The notes under the pieces were generated by a model. The model did no database searches and was not told where the DNA came from. It worked only from the letters and a program-made list of their open reading frames with translations. 64,000 nt of DNA from an uncultured Acidobacteriota bacterium (GTDB lineage: Bacteria > Acidobacteriota > Vicinamibacteria > Vicinamibacterales > CAVVIG01): assembly GCA_963814975.1 (NCBI GenBank), contig CAWFFB010000020.1, positions 29,202 through 93,201 of the forward strand. The letters are read 5' to 3'. Position numbers and translations under genes: made by a program. This document shows positions 37,923-52,022 of the stretch, in pieces (the first letter of the stretch is position 1; the number at the start of each line of letters is the position of its first letter).

Positions 37923-39998
37923 TCACCACACGCGACACGCGTTCACCCGGACCATCGGTGCATCCGGCTGGCACGAAAACGCCTTCTGGAACTCCGGCAT
38001 GTTCGACACCACTCCGTTCACGCGATAGCGGCCGGGCGAGTGCGGGTTGGTCTGCGCCTGCAGGCGTTCGAACTCCGGGCGGCGGTTCTCGCACCAGATC
38101 TGGCCCCACCCGAGAAAGACGCGCTGTTCTGGCGTGAACCCGTCGAGCGTCCCGCCTTTCCACCCAGCCGACGCCACGTAGGCCATCAGCGCGATCCGCA
38201 GCCCGCCATTGTCGGCGGTGTTCTCGCCGAGCGTCAGCTTCCCATTCAGCTGGACGTCGTCGACCGCGGTGTAGCCGCCGTATTGATCGACGAAGCAGGC
38301 GGCACGTTCCTCGAAGGCCTTCGCGTCGGCGGCCGTCCACCAGTCGTTCAGGTTCCCTTGTGCATCGAACTGGCGGCCCTGGTCGTCGAAGCCGTGGGTC
38401 AGCTCGTGGCCGATCACGGCGCCGATGCCTCCGAAGTTGACCGCCGGCATCGGCCGAGGCGCCGTAGAAGGGCGGCTGGAGGATGCCGGCAGGGAAGTTG
38501 ATGTTGTTCTCGAGCGGGTGGTAGTACGCATTCACCGTCGGCGGCGTCATGCTCCATTCGCTCTTGTCGACCGGCTTGCCGATTTTGTTCACCTGCCGGC
38601 GGAACTCGAAGGCGTTAGCCCGATGGGCGTTCCCGACGGCGTCGCCGCGGACGATCCGCACGGCTCCGTAGTCGCGCCAGCGATCCGGATAGCCGATCTT
38701 GTTCGAGATCGCATGCAGCTTCGCCAATGCCTGTTTCTTGGTCGTCTCGGTCATCCACGGCAGCGTCGTGATGTCGCGTTCCAGCGCCGACTCGAGGTCG
38801 CGGACCATCTCGAGCATGTCGGCCTTCTGAGCGGGGCCGAAGGTCTCCTTGACGAACGCCTGGCCGAGCGATTCGCCGAGGTGCGAGTCGGCGTACTGCA
38901 CGCATCGCCTCCATCGCGGCGGCAGCTCGGTCGTGCCCCGCAACGTTTCCCTGTAGAAGCGGAAGTTTTCGTCGACGAACGCCGCCGACAGAATCGGCGC
39001 GTCGGCGTGGACCAGTTGCCACCGAAGATAGGTCTTGATGTCGTCCAGCGAGCGTTGCCGGCGAGCAGCTGGTCGAACGCCTTGAAGAAGTCCGGCTCGG
39101 TGACGTTGATCGCCTGGAGCGGCGGCGCCCCGGCGCGCGCGGAAGTAGCGCGGCCAGTCGAAGGACGGGGTGAGGGCCTGGAGCTCGCCTGGCGTGAGGC
39201 GATGGTAGACCTTCGACGGATCCCGCCGCGACACGTTGTCGAGCGCCCCTTTCGCCAGCGCGTTCCTCGACCCGCACCACCGTCTGCGCCGCTGCGGCGG
39301 GCGGCGAACCGGTGCCGCCAAGCAGCCGGGCGATCGCCGCGACGTGCTCCACGTACCGGGCGCGAATGGCGGCCGACCGCGCATCGTCTCGGAAGTAGTA
39401 ATCGCGATCCGGGAGGCCGAGTCCTCCCTGGTCGACGACGGCGATCACGGTCTTCGCGTCCCGGAAATCGGCTTCGGCGCCAAATGTGAAGAATGCGGCG
39501 ACGCCGATTCGGTGAAGGTCGGCGAGGAGCCCGGGCAGATCCGCCAGGCGGCTGAGCGCTGCGAATTGCCCTGAGGTCCTCCTCGAGCGGCGCCGCTCCC
39601 CGTCTCTCGCTCAGCGCGCTGTTCATGCAGGCCGCGTAGTAATCGCCGATCTTTTTTGTCGCGGCTTCGCCGCCCGATGCCGCCGTCTCGAGCACGCGGC
39701 GCAGCATCTCGTAGTTTCGTTCCTGCAGCTCGTCGAAGCGCCCCCAGCGCGGCCGATCCGGCGGAAGCGGATTCCCCGCGAGCCAGGCGCCGCAGGCAAA
39801 CTGGAAGAAGTCAGTGCAGGGATCGACTGCGCGGTTTATCGCGGAGAGGTCGAGTCCCGTCTCGCTTGACGCGCCAGAAGCGGGGCCCGCAGCGCTCTGC
39901 TTGGCGGCGAGTCCGGCCAGGAAGACCGGGACGGCGGCCAGCGGCACCGCGGCGAGGACGAGAAAAAGCAGGAGTGTCGGGCGTAAATGCCTCAGCAT
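37923..39998 (-). CDS. M13 family metallopeptidase (about five frame switches)
   Basis: Fragments DPCTDFFQFACG, GLGLPDRDYY, KIGYPD, VNAYY, FPAGILQPPF, GHELTHGFD and GENTADNGG are spread over four overlapping ORFs. Confidence 0.88.
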
Positions 39999-40096
39999 GT
40001 TCCCCTTCTCCGGCGGGCGCGATACAATGAGTGGTTGACCGACAGCCGGGGCACCGGCCAGCCGATACAATCGACGCGCCTCCATGATGTTCCTGC

Positions 40097-42840
<2,744 letters not shown>

Positions 42841-42882
42841 CCTCATTTTCCTTCGTGTCCGCCGACTGAGAGGTTGCTGGTC

Positions 42883-44297
42883 GTGATCGACTTCACACTG
42901 CCCGAGCTGGGCGAAAACATCACTGCAGGCGACGTGCTGCGCGTCCTGGTCAAGCCCGGCGACACGCTGGCGAAGGATCAGCCCGTTCTGGAGCTTGAAA
43001 CCGACAAAGCCACCATCGAAGTACCGTCGTCGGTCGCCGGCCAGATCAAGGACGTCAAGGTCAAAGCCGGCGACACAGTCAGCGTCGGCCAGGCGATTCT
43101 GAGCGTGGACGATTCGGGCGCGTCCGCCCCGCAGCCGCCGGCGAAGAAGGGCGGCGCACCCGCTGCCGCCGCGAAGGCGGCCGTGCCGGCGGCGTCCCCC
43201 CCGACAATCCCTCGCCAGAGGATGCAGGCGCGAAGCCCAGTGCGGAAGCCGCGGTCGCCGATGGTCCCGAGCGGACGCGCGACGAGCCTCCGACCGAGGG
43301 ACGCGGAGCCGCGGCGCATGGTGGGGACAAGGTCGTCGACATCAGCCGCGGGGCGCGCGCGAGCACCGAGCCGGCGGCGCCCGAGTTGCCGGTCGCACCC
43401 GCCGCACCCTCGGTGCGCCGGATGGCGCGCGAGCTCGGCATCAACATCGATCAGGTCGGCGGCAGCGGCCCCCACGGGCGTATTTCAGTGGACGACGTCA
43501 AGGCACAGGCGAAGCGGCTGGTCGCCGGGGGCGCAGGCGGCGGGACCGGCGCCGTGGCGGCGGCCGAGCCGCTTCCCGATTTCACGCGCTGGGGCGAAGT
43601 CGAGAGGCAACCGATGAAGGCGGTGCGCCGCAAGACCGCGCAGCACGTGGCCCTGGCGTGGACGACCATTCCGCACGTCACGCAGCACGACGTCGCCGAC
43701 ATCACGGGTCTCGAGGAGCTGCGCAAGCGCCACGGGGCGCAAGCGGAAAGGGCGGGCGGAAGTCTCACCATCACCGCGATTGCCGCCAAGGTCGCGGCGA
43801 CGGCGCTGCGAGTGTTTCCGCAGTTCAACGTCTCGATTGATATGGCCGCCAGCGAGCTGATCTACAAGAAATATGTGAACGTCGGGATCGCCGTTGACAC
43901 CGATCACGGTCTGCTGGTCCCGGTCATCCGCGACGTGGATACGAAGAACATCCTGCAGATCTCGGTGGAGCTCGTCCAGCTGTCTGAAAAGGCCCGCTCG
44001 CGAAAGATCGCACTCGACGACATGCAAGGCGGCTGCTTCAGTATCTCGAACCTCGGCGGTATCGGCGGCACGTCATTCACCCCGATTGTCAACGCGCCGG
44101 AAGTCGCCATCCTGGGCATCTCCCGCGCCCGTCTGGAGCCGGTCTACAACCACGCCGGCGGGCTCGCGCCGCGCCTGATGCTGCCGCTGTCCTTGTCCTA
44201 CGATCATCGCGCGATCGACGGCGCGGCCGGCGCGCGCTTTCTGCGCTGGATCGTGGAAGCGCTCGAGCAGCCGTTCCTGCTGGCGTTCCAGGGATGA
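42883..44297 (+). CDS. aceF: Dihydrolipoamide acetyltransferase E2 (frameshifted in the linker)
   Basis: Lipoyl domain LETDKAT, E3-binding APSVRRMARELG...GSGPHGRI and catalytic SYDHRAIDG. Confidence 0.93.
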
Positions 44298-44489
44298 CGT
44301 GTTGTTCACAGCCACGAAAACGCGAAAACACGCGAACGATCTGTTGGGTTTCAAGAGGCTCTGGACGTCAGGCTCCAGGCTCCGGCACGTTCGTGCTGAA
44401 GCCCAAGGCCCGAAGCCTCAAGCAGAGGAAAGCCCCCCAGGGAATTCGTGCGTTCGCGCTTTCGAGGCGGGATCCGGGTTCCTAGTCCC
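44298..44489. repeat. Nested intergenic element: CACGAAAA/TTCGCG outer arms with heptamer inner arms
   Basis: ACAGCCACGAAAACGCGAAAACACGCGAA ... GGCTCTG/GGCTCCA/GGCTCCG ... AGCCCAA/GGCCCGA/AGCCTCA ... TTCGTGCGTTCGCGCTTTCG. Confidence 0.7.
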
Positions 44490-45908
44490 ATGACTTCTGT
44501 CCAGCTTGTTGTCGTCGGCGGCGGGCCAGGCGGGTACGCCGCCGCATTTCTCGCCGCCGATCTCGGGCTCAGCGTGGCGCTCGTCGATCCCGAGGTGAAC
44601 CCCGGCGGTGTCTGTGTCTATCGTGGCTGCATTCCCTCGAAGGCGCTGTTGCACGTCGCCAACGTGCTGGAAGAGGGGCGCCGGGCGAAGGCGTGGGGCA
44701 TCGAGTTCGGCGAGCCGCGGATCGACCTCGCGAAGCTCCGCGCGTTCAAGAACGACGTGGTCAAGCGGCTGACGAGCGGCACCGGCCAGCTCGTGAAGCA
44801 CCGCAAAGTCCAGTACATCCAGGGCCTCGCGACGATCGTCGATCCCCACACGCTGGAGATCCAGAAAACAGGCGGCGGCAAGGAGTCCCTGCACTTCGAT
44901 CACGCGATTCTCGCGACCGGCTCGATGCCCGCGAAGCCGCCGGCGCTCGCGATCGACGATGCGCGCGTGATGGACTCGACGGCCGCGCTCGATCTGCCCG
45001 ATGTCCCAAAGTCGCTGCTGGTGGTCGGCGGCGGCTATATCGGCCTCGAGCTCGGATCGGTGTACGCGGCCCTCGGCAGTGCCGTCAGCATCGTCGAGAT
45101 GACCGACGGCCTTTTGCCCGGCGCCGACCGTGATCTGGTGGACGTGCTCGCCAAGCGGATCAACCGGATGATGAAAGGCGTGCTGCTCAACACGCGTGTG
45201 GTCAAGATGGCGGCCGAGTCCAAGGGCATCCGCGTCACGCTGGATGGGCCCGGGCTGAAAGACGACGCCCGATACCTGTTGTTCGATCGCGTCCTGGTCG
45301 CGGTCGGACGGCAGCCGAATTCGGCGATTCCGGGGCTCGACGGCACCCGCGTCAACGTCAACGAGCGCGGATTCGTGCAGGTCGACCACCAGATGCGGAC
45401 CGACGAGCCCTCGATTTTCGCAATCGGCGACCTGGTCGGCGAGCCGATGCTCGCGCACAAGGCGTCCCATGAGGGCCGCGTTGCAGTCGAGGTGATTGCC
45501 GGCGAGAACGTGGCGTTCGAGGCGCGCGCGATCCCCGCCGTCGTGTTCACCGATCCGGAGCTGGCCTGGGCCGGCCTGACCGAGACCCAGGCGCAGAAGG
45601 ACGGCCGCGCCGTCGTTGTCGCGAAGTTTCCGTGGGGTGCCTCGGGGCGCGCGATCACGCTGGACCGGACGGACGGGATCACGAAGCTGATTCTCGACCC
45701 CGAAACCGAGACCGTGCTCGGCGTCGGCCTCGTCGGCCCCGGCGCCGGCGAGTTGATTGCGGAAGGTGTTCTCGCGATTGAAATGGGCGCGAACGCGACC
45801 GATCTGAAACTGTCGATCCATCCCCACCCGACCCTCACCGAGACGCTGATGGAATCGGCTGAGGTGTTCTTCGGGCAAGCGACTCACGTGTATCGTCCAC
45901 GGCGGTAG
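44490..45908 (+). CDS. lpdA: Dihydrolipoyl dehydrogenase E3
   Basis: Motifs GGGPGGY, GGVCVYRGCIPSK, GGGYIGLE, MLAHKA and HPHPTLTE. Confidence 0.97.
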   Translation: MTSVQLVVVGGGPGGYAAAFLAADLGLSVALVDPEVNPGGVCVYRGCIPSKALLHVANVLEEGRRAKAWGIEFGEPRIDLAKLRAFKNDVVKRLTSGTGQLVKHRKVQYIQGLATIVDPHTLEIQKTGGGKESLHFDHAILATGSMPAKPPALAIDDARVMDSTAALDLPDVPKSLLVVGGGYIGLELGSVYAALGSAVSIVEMTDGLLPGADRDLVDVLAKRINRMMKGVLLNTRVVKMAAESKGIRVTLDGPGLKDDARYLLFDRVLVAVGRQPNSAIPGLDGTRVNVNERGFVQVDHQMRTDEPSIFAIGDLVGEPMLAHKASHEGRVAVEVIAGENVAFEARAIPAVVFTDPELAWAGLTETQAQKDGRAVVVAKFPWGASGRAITLDRTDGITKLILDPETETVLGVGLVGPGAGELIAEGVLAIEMGANATDLKLSIHPHPTLTETLMESAEVFFGQATHVYRPRR

Positions 45909-46105
45909 GCCCCACCTTCTGGATCCGTGGGATTGCAGATGTATTGCCGGTTGAATCGCCGCGTCACACTCTGATTCCCCGGGCAGCTGCAACCAATTCC
46001 CTGGAGCTCACGTCTTTACTGTCAGGCGGATGGATTGCTCTGGAAAACCCTACCTCGAGTCGAGTAAACCGGGTAAGGTATCACAGCCATTCAAGAGGAC
46101 ACATC

Positions 46106-48948
46106 ATGAAGCGCATGGCGGCGGTCTTGGCCGCCCTTCTCAGCACGGGCGTTGTGCCGGCCTGCAACAGGGCCCCGCAGACGGCGCCCCCGGCGACGCA
46201 GACGGCGACAGCTGACATTCCAACGGTCGAGTTCGAGAAGTACACGACTGGCCAACGGCCTCGAGGTGATCCTGTCTGAAAACCACCGGCTGCCGCTTGT
46301 CGCGGTGAATCTGTGGTACCACGTCGGTCCCGCGAACGAGGACCCGGGACGAACCGGCTTCGCCCACCTGTTCGAACACATGATGTTCCAGGGCTCGAAG
46401 CACGCCGAGGGTGACTCTCACTTCCGGTTACTGGAGGGCGCCGGCGGCAGCGATCTGAACGGCACCACCGACTTCGATCGGACCAACTACTTCGAGACCG
46501 TGCCGGCCGATCGCCTCGAGCTCGCGCTCTGGCTCGAATCGGATCGAATGGGTTATCTGCTCGACAAGGTCGATCAGGCGAATCTTTCCAACCAGCAGGA
46601 TGTGGTCCGCAACGAGCGCCGCCAGAGCGTCGAGAACCAGCCCTACGGGATCGTCGAGGAGGAGCTGTTCCATCAGCTGTTCCCCGCCACGCATCCGTAC
46701 TACGCGAACGTCATCGGATCGCACGCGGACATTCAGGCCGTCAAGCTCGAAGACGTGAGGAACTTCTTCAAGTTGTACTACGCGCCCAACAACGCCAGCC
46801 TCGTCATCGTCGGCGACTTCGACAAGGCGGCGACGCGCGCGATGGTGGAGAAGTACTTCGGCCCCTTGAAACAAGGTGAGCCGGTGCCCAAGCCGGCCGT
46901 GCAAACGCCGCCAATCACGGCACCGCGGCGGGCGGTGGTGCAGGATCGCGTCGAGCTTCCGCGAGTCTACGTCGCGTGGCTGACGTCGCCGATCTTCACG
47001 CCGGGAGACGCGGATGGCGACATCGCCGCCACCGCCCTCGGCGGCGGGCGGTCGAGCCGCCTGTACAAGAAGCTGGTCTACGAGAAGCAGATCGCGCAGG
47101 ACGTTTCCGCACAGCAGTACTCGCTCACGCTCGGCTCGGTGTTTCAGATTGAGGCGACGGCGCGGCCCGGACATTCCGCCGATGAACTGGAGAAGGCGAT
47201 CGACGAGGAGCTGGCCCTCTTTCGCCAGTCCGGGCCGGACAAGACGGAGGTCGAGCGCGCACGCAACGTGATCGAGACGCGAATGGTTCAGGGCCTCGAG
47301 ACGCTTGGAGGTTTCTCCGGCCTTGCGAACCGCTTGAACAGCTACAACCATTTCCTCGGCGACCCGGGTTACCTCGCCAAGGACATTCAGCGCTACCGCG
47401 ACGTCACCCCCGAGTCGGTGAAGGCCTTCGCCGGACGGGAACTCGCGCCGACCGCGCGCGTCGTGGTTCAAGGAGTGCCCGGCACACCGAATCTCGGCGC
47501 GCCGGTCCCGACGCCCAAGCAGGCGGCGACACCGTCAGGCGCGGCCGCCGAGTCGATCAACGCCGATGAAGCGTGGCGCAGCCAGCCGCCCGCCCCTGGG
47601 TTGGCGCGCGCGCTGCAGCTCCCGGTCCCGACCTCGTTTCAGCTCGCGAACGGCTTGACCGTGCTCCTGAACGAACGGCCGGGTTTGCCGATCGTGTCGG
47701 CCAGCCTCGTGGTCAAGACCGGCAGCGACGCCAACCCCGCGGACAAGCCGGGGCTCGCAAACTTCACTGCCGCAATGCTCGACGAGGGGACGGCCACGCG
47801 GTCCGCGCTCCAGATCGCCGACCAGATCGCCTACCTGGGCGGATCCCTTGTCACGGGATCGACGATGGATGCGACGCAGGTGAGCGCCGGATCGCTGCGG
47901 CGGACGTTCCCTGCGCTGCTCGAGGTGATGGCGGACGTCATACGGCATCCGAGCTTTCCGGCGGCGGAGATCGATCGCCAACGCGCCAGCCGGCTCGCGA
48001 GTCTCGTGCAGCAGCGCGAGAATCCCGGCCAGGTGGCCAATACCGCGATGGCCGTCGCTCTCTACGGGTCGTCGCACCCGTACGGCTTCACGGAGCTCGG
48101 TACCGAGGCAGCAAACAAGGCGATCACACGCGACGACATGCAGAAGTTCTGGGCGCAGAATTTCGTGCCGAACAACGCGGCGCTCATCGTGTCGGGCCAG
48201 ATCTCGGCGGCCGATCTCCGTCCCCTGGTCGAGAAGGCCTTTGGCGACTGGGCCCGCGGAACACCAGCGCAGCCAGCGCTCGGCGCGCCGGCGACCACCA
48301 GCGCGCGCGTCGTACTGGTCGACAAGCCCGGGGCGCCGCAGACGCAGGTGCGGGTTGCCTCGGTCGGCGTTGCCCGCGCCACCCCTGATTACGAGGCGCT
48401 GAACGTCATGAACGAGACGCTCGGCGGCTTGTTCTCGAGCCGCATCAACCTGAATCTCCGGGAGCAGCACGGCTACACCTACGGAGCGAGATCGCAGTTT
48501 GTGTTCCGGCGATCGGCGGGCCCGTTTTTCGTCGCCTCAGGTGTGCGCACCGACGTCACTGCGCCGGCGGTCGCCGAGATCTTCAAGGAAGTGCGGCGCA
48601 TCCGCGAGTCGCCTTCTCACGCCCGACGAGCTCAACCTGGCCAAGGACTCGATCGTTCGGTCGTTGCCGAGCGAGTTCGAGACCAGCTCGCGCATGACCA
48701 GCAGCACCGCAGCGATCTACATCTACGATCTCGGGCTCGATTACTACACAAAGGCTCCGGCGCGTCTCTCGGCGGTGACGGCCGAGCAGGTGAAGGCATC
48801 CGCGGAGAAATATCTCGTGCCTGGAAATCTGCTGGTCGTCGCCGTCGGCGATCGGGCAAGGATCGGTGCGGAGCTCGCGAAGCTGAACCTGGGAGCGGTC
48901 GAGGTGAGGAATGCGGACGGGGCGCCCGCACCCACACCGTCACAATAG
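46106..48948 (+). CDS. M16 family zinc protease (pitrilysin/PqqL-like), probable lipoprotein; frameshifts near 46250 and 48620
   Basis: Signal MKRMAAVLAALLSTGVVPAC, inverted Zn motif HLFEH, NGTTDFDRTNY, and LREQHGYTYG in the second half. Confidence 0.92.
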
Positions 48949-50313
48949 CGCGAGCCGCTTCGCCTCTTCGATCGCTCCGTCCAGCGACGTGATCGTGCCG
49001 TCGAGTTGCTGTTCGTAGACGGCTTTCAGAATCTCTCCGACCCGCCGGCCGGGTCTGACGCCCAGCGCCAGCACGTGCCGGCCGAGCAGCATCGGGGCCG
49101 GCGGGCGGTGCTCGACGCCCAGCCCGCGTGCCCGCGCCAGAAACCAATCCATGGCGTCGCAGTTGAAGCGGCCCGGGGCGCGGCCCAGACAGTCGGCTTT
49201 CGCCAGCCGCGCGAGCAGCTCAAGGTCCACTTTCTGAGCGAGGCGCCGGAACGCGCCGTCCCCGACCTCGTCGCGCACCTTGAACCACATTCCAGGTTTA
49301 AGGTGCTGGGCGACCATGCCGAGCACCTGCGTGCGGACGTCGTAGCCGTCGATGGATTGGACGCGAAGGCGGTCCAGAAATGACGTCGCGGGCGCCACCC
49401 CCTGCTCCTCGTGATCCATCGATCTGATCCGTCCATCGAGGAATGCCGTGGTCGCCGGCTTTCCCACGTCGTGACAGATCGCCCCGAGCATGACGGCGAT
49501 CTGCTGCGGCCGCGGCAGATCGTCGATGCGCAGGCGCGCCTGGTCTATGACCTGTAGGGTATGGACCCAAACATCACCCTCCGGATGCCACTCAGGCTCC
49601 TGCGGGCATCCGACCAGGGCGCTCAGCTCGGGAAAGAGCTGGCGGATGGCGCCGAGATCCAGTGCCAGTGCAAAGCCGACTGACGGTCGCGGGGCGAACA
49701 GCAGCTTCGCGATCTCTCCCCAGATACGCTCGGCCGCCAGATCGTCGAGCGGGATCGCCCGACACAAGGCGCGGGTGCGCTCGTCGAGCTCGAAGTCGAA
49801 TCGCGCGGCGAACTGCACGGCGCGCAGCACGCGCAAGCTGTCTTCTGGGAATGTGGCCGGGTCGACGGCGCGGAGGCGACGCCTGATGAGATCGGCGCGG
49901 CCGTCAAACGGGTCGAGGTACTCGTCATCGAGTGGATCCCAGGCGATCGCATTCACCGTGAAATCGCGACGGCGCGCGGCGTCGGCGACCGTCATGGATG
50001 GATCGCCAGTCACGTCGAAGCCGCGGTGGCCGGGTCCTGCCTTCGATTCCCTGCGGGGCAACGAGACGTCGATCTCGCCTGTCTTGTAGACCTGAAAGCT
50101 TTCGCCGACCGCTTCCACGCGGCCGAGGGTCTCAAGAAGCGAGCGGAGGGAACCGGCCGCAAGACCGAAGACCTCGATGTCGATGTCCTTGGAGTCGCGC
50201 GCGAGCAGCCTGTCGCGCACCCACCCGCCAACGATCAGCGCGCGCCCGCCGGCCTGCTTGACCGCTCGGGCGATCTCGAGCGCGCGCTCGAGCGTGGGTG
50301 ATTCGTTGGTCAT
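48940..50313 (-). CDS. cca: CCA tRNA nucleotidyltransferase with HD domain
   Basis: Motifs VGGWVRD, DIDIEV, RRDFTVNA, EDSLRVLR, WHPEGDVWVH and CHDVGKP. Confidence 0.93.
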   Translation of the reverse strand: MTNESPTLERALEIARAVKQAGGRALIVGGWVRDRLLARDSKDIDIEVFGLAAGSLRSLLETLGRVEAVGESFQVYKTGEIDVSLPRRESKAGPGHRGFDVTGDPSMTVADAARRRDFTVNAIAWDPLDDEYLDPFDGRADLIRRRLRAVDPATFPEDSLRVLRAVQFAARFDFELDERTRALCRAIPLDDLAAERIWGEIAKLLFAPRPSVGFALALDLGAIRQLFPELSALVGCPQEPEWHPEGDVWVHTLQVIDQARLRIDDLPRPQQIAVMLGAICHDVGKPATTAFLDGRIRSMDHEEQGVAPATSFLDRLRVQSIDGYDVRTQVLGMVAQHLKPGMWFKVRDEVGDGAFRRLAQKVDLELLARLAKADCLGRAPGRFNCDAMDWFLARARGLGVEHRPPAPMLLGRHVLALGVRPGRRVGEILKAVYEQQLDGTITSLDGAIEEAKRLALL

Positions 50314-50387
50314 CGGCGGCACTTCGCCCCGGCTGAGCGTGGGCCTATTTAATCACGCGGCCAAGGCGTGCCGTGTGGCGACAGGGA

Positions 50388-50566
50388 CCCTGGCGTCCAC
50401 TTTCGCGGATTGCTGACAGGTAGGTTTCCCGGAGAACGAGTCGGGTTCGCCCCTCCATCGGGTAGTGACGAAGACGCGGCGAATCCAGCGTGTCTTCGGT
50501 CACTCGAACCTTCGCTAACTGCTGTACCCAGGCAGTTTAACTGAGAGCGGTCGGATTACTTGCCGG
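50388..50566 (+). ncRNA. Rod-like structured RNA of about 180 nt, possibly 6S RNA (strand uncertain)
   Basis: Nested pairings: CTGGC/GCCGG, CCACTTTC/GAGAGCGG, CTGACAGGTA/TACCCAGGCAG, GGTTCG/CGAACC and AGTGACGAAGACGC/GCGTGTCTTCGGTCACT, with internal bubbles. No credible ORF. Confidence 0.45.
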
Positions 50567-50581
50567 TGCTGTACAAAATCG

Positions 50582-50878
50582 CTACGCGATACGTCTGACG
50601 CCGACGAGCCGCCGCGAGAGCGCGTGGCGTCGGGCATTGTCGCGGGTCTTGACGACCAGCGGCGTCTTGTCGAGCGTCCAGCCAGGCGACTCGTGCCCGC
50701 AGGACACGCATCTCAGAAACATGCGTTCGTGTTCGAACTGCACCATGGAGTCGTGTCCATGCATACCGCAGAAGGATTGCCGTACCTGATTCAACACCCT
50801 CTTGGCCAAGCCATCGTCCGCCTGGTGCGCGTCGTTTCCCTGTCGTGACGCCACCTGATGGGGACAGTAAGTCGCCAT
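50582..50878 (-). CDS. Small hypothetical protein with a putative Zn-binding site
   Basis: 98 aa from MATYC; FCGMHGHD...LRCVSCGHESPGW; GGAG-containing upstream region. Confidence 0.65.
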   Translation of the reverse strand: MATYCPHQVASRQGNDAHQADDGLAKRVLNQVRQSFCGMHGHDSMVQFEHERMFLRCVSCGHESPGWTLDKTPLVVKTRDNARRHALSRRLVGVRRIA

Positions 50879-50964
50879 GACCGAAGTCTCCTCTCGCTCC
50901 CGGTTCCGAGCCTTCTTGGCGGTTGTCCACAAACATGACAAGCCGCCATCATTGCCTGGCTGAC

Positions 50965-50980
50965 TTCAAGAGGCGTGCCG
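50965..50980 (-). promoter_or_regulatory. Possible sigma54-type -24/-12 promoter variant
   Basis: CGGCACG-CCTC-TTGAA on the minus strand about 87 nt upstream of the small Zn protein gene. Confidence 0.3.
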
Positions 50981-51062
50981 AACTGATGACAGACTAAGTG
51001 GTGGCTGAGTTGTACCTATGGTCGAGCCATCGCGCGGGGTGCTGGAAAGGCATTTCTAGCGG

Positions 51063-52013
51063 CTACCCATTTTCTCTGCTTATGGCGCGTTCCCCGGTCA
51101 GGCCGCGGAGCACGAACGAGATGTTGGCAGGACGCTCCCCGAGGCGTCGCATGAAATACGGAAACCACTGACGGCCAAACGGGATGTACACGCGCACGCG
51201 ATAACCCTGCTTGAGCAGTGTCGCCTGAAGGTCGCGGCGAATGCCGTACAGCATCTGGAATTCAAAAGCTTCGGGCCGAATCTGGTGCTCGGACGCAAAC
51301 TGACGGGCGAGGTCGAGCATCGCCGGGTCGTGTGTCGCGACGGCCGGATAGTGACCTTCGGTCAGGAGCAACTGGAGCAGGCGCGCATACGCGGCGTTCA
51401 CGTCGCTCTTCTTCTGATACGCGATCGACTTCGGCTCCTTGTAGGCGCCTTTCACCAACCGGATTCGCGCACCAAGGGCCAGCATCCGTCGCGCGTCCTG
51501 TTCGGTCCTGTAAAGGTCGGCCTGCAGCACGACCCCCATGTGGCGATAGTCCTGCTGCCAGAGCGTTTCGAAGATATCGAGTGTGACATCGGTGTAGCGC
51601 GACTTTTCCATGTCGATCCGGACGAAGAACCCCTCGGCGCGGTCGAGGATCCGGCGAAGGTTGTCGACGGCGCTCGCGCGGTCGACGTCGAGTCCCAGCT
51701 GGGTGAGCTTCAACGAAAGGTTCCGGCCTATGGCAGCCTGAATGATCGTGTCGATGATCTGCAGGTACTCGCGGGTGGCGGCATCGGCTTGGGCCAGGCT
51801 GGTGACGCCCTCGCCGAGGAAATCGAGCGTGTGCAGGAAGCCACGGCTCTCGACCGCGCGCGCCGCGTCAATCGCTTCGGCGACCGTCTCGCCGGCGATG
51901 AACCGTCGCGCGAAACTGGTCGGCTTCTGCATGCCGTAACGGGATGCGAGGGTCTTCAGGAGACTGCTGGCTGCGAGGACGTGAAAAAAAGCCTTGGCGG
52001 CCTGGTCGATCAT
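51063..52013 (-). CDS. Proline dehydrogenase (monofunctional)
   Basis: Motifs SLKLTQLG, RIDME, LQADLYRT, RLVKGAYKE, ATHD, FQMLYGIR and YFMRRLGERPAN. Confidence 0.95.
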   Translation of the reverse strand: MIDQAAKAFFHVLAASSLLKTLASRYGMQKPTSFARRFIAGETVAEAIDAARAVESRGFLHTLDFLGEGVTSLAQADAATREYLQIIDTIIQAAIGRNLSLKLTQLGLDVDRASAVDNLRRILDRAEGFFVRIDMEKSRYTDVTLDIFETLWQQDYRHMGVVLQADLYRTEQDARRMLALGARIRLVKGAYKEPKSIAYQKKSDVNAAYARLLQLLLTEGHYPAVATHDPAMLDLARQFASEHQIRPEAFEFQMLYGIRRDLQATLLKQGYRVRVYIPFGRQWFPYFMRRLGERPANISFVLRGLTGERAISRENG

Positions 52014-52022
52014 CCAGAGCGG

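Noticed and set aside
45909-46105. 197-nt spacer between lpdA and the M16 protease as a possible ncRNA
   Set aside because: I found no extended pairing or recognisable motif; it is probably an ordinary promoter region.
50385-50420. c-di-GMP-I riboswitch-like GCAATCC-GC-GAAA-GT-GGACGC on the minus strand upstream of cca
   Set aside because: The stem is too short and the downstream consensus (GCAAAGCC and P3) is missing. The segment is better explained as part of the larger rod structure.
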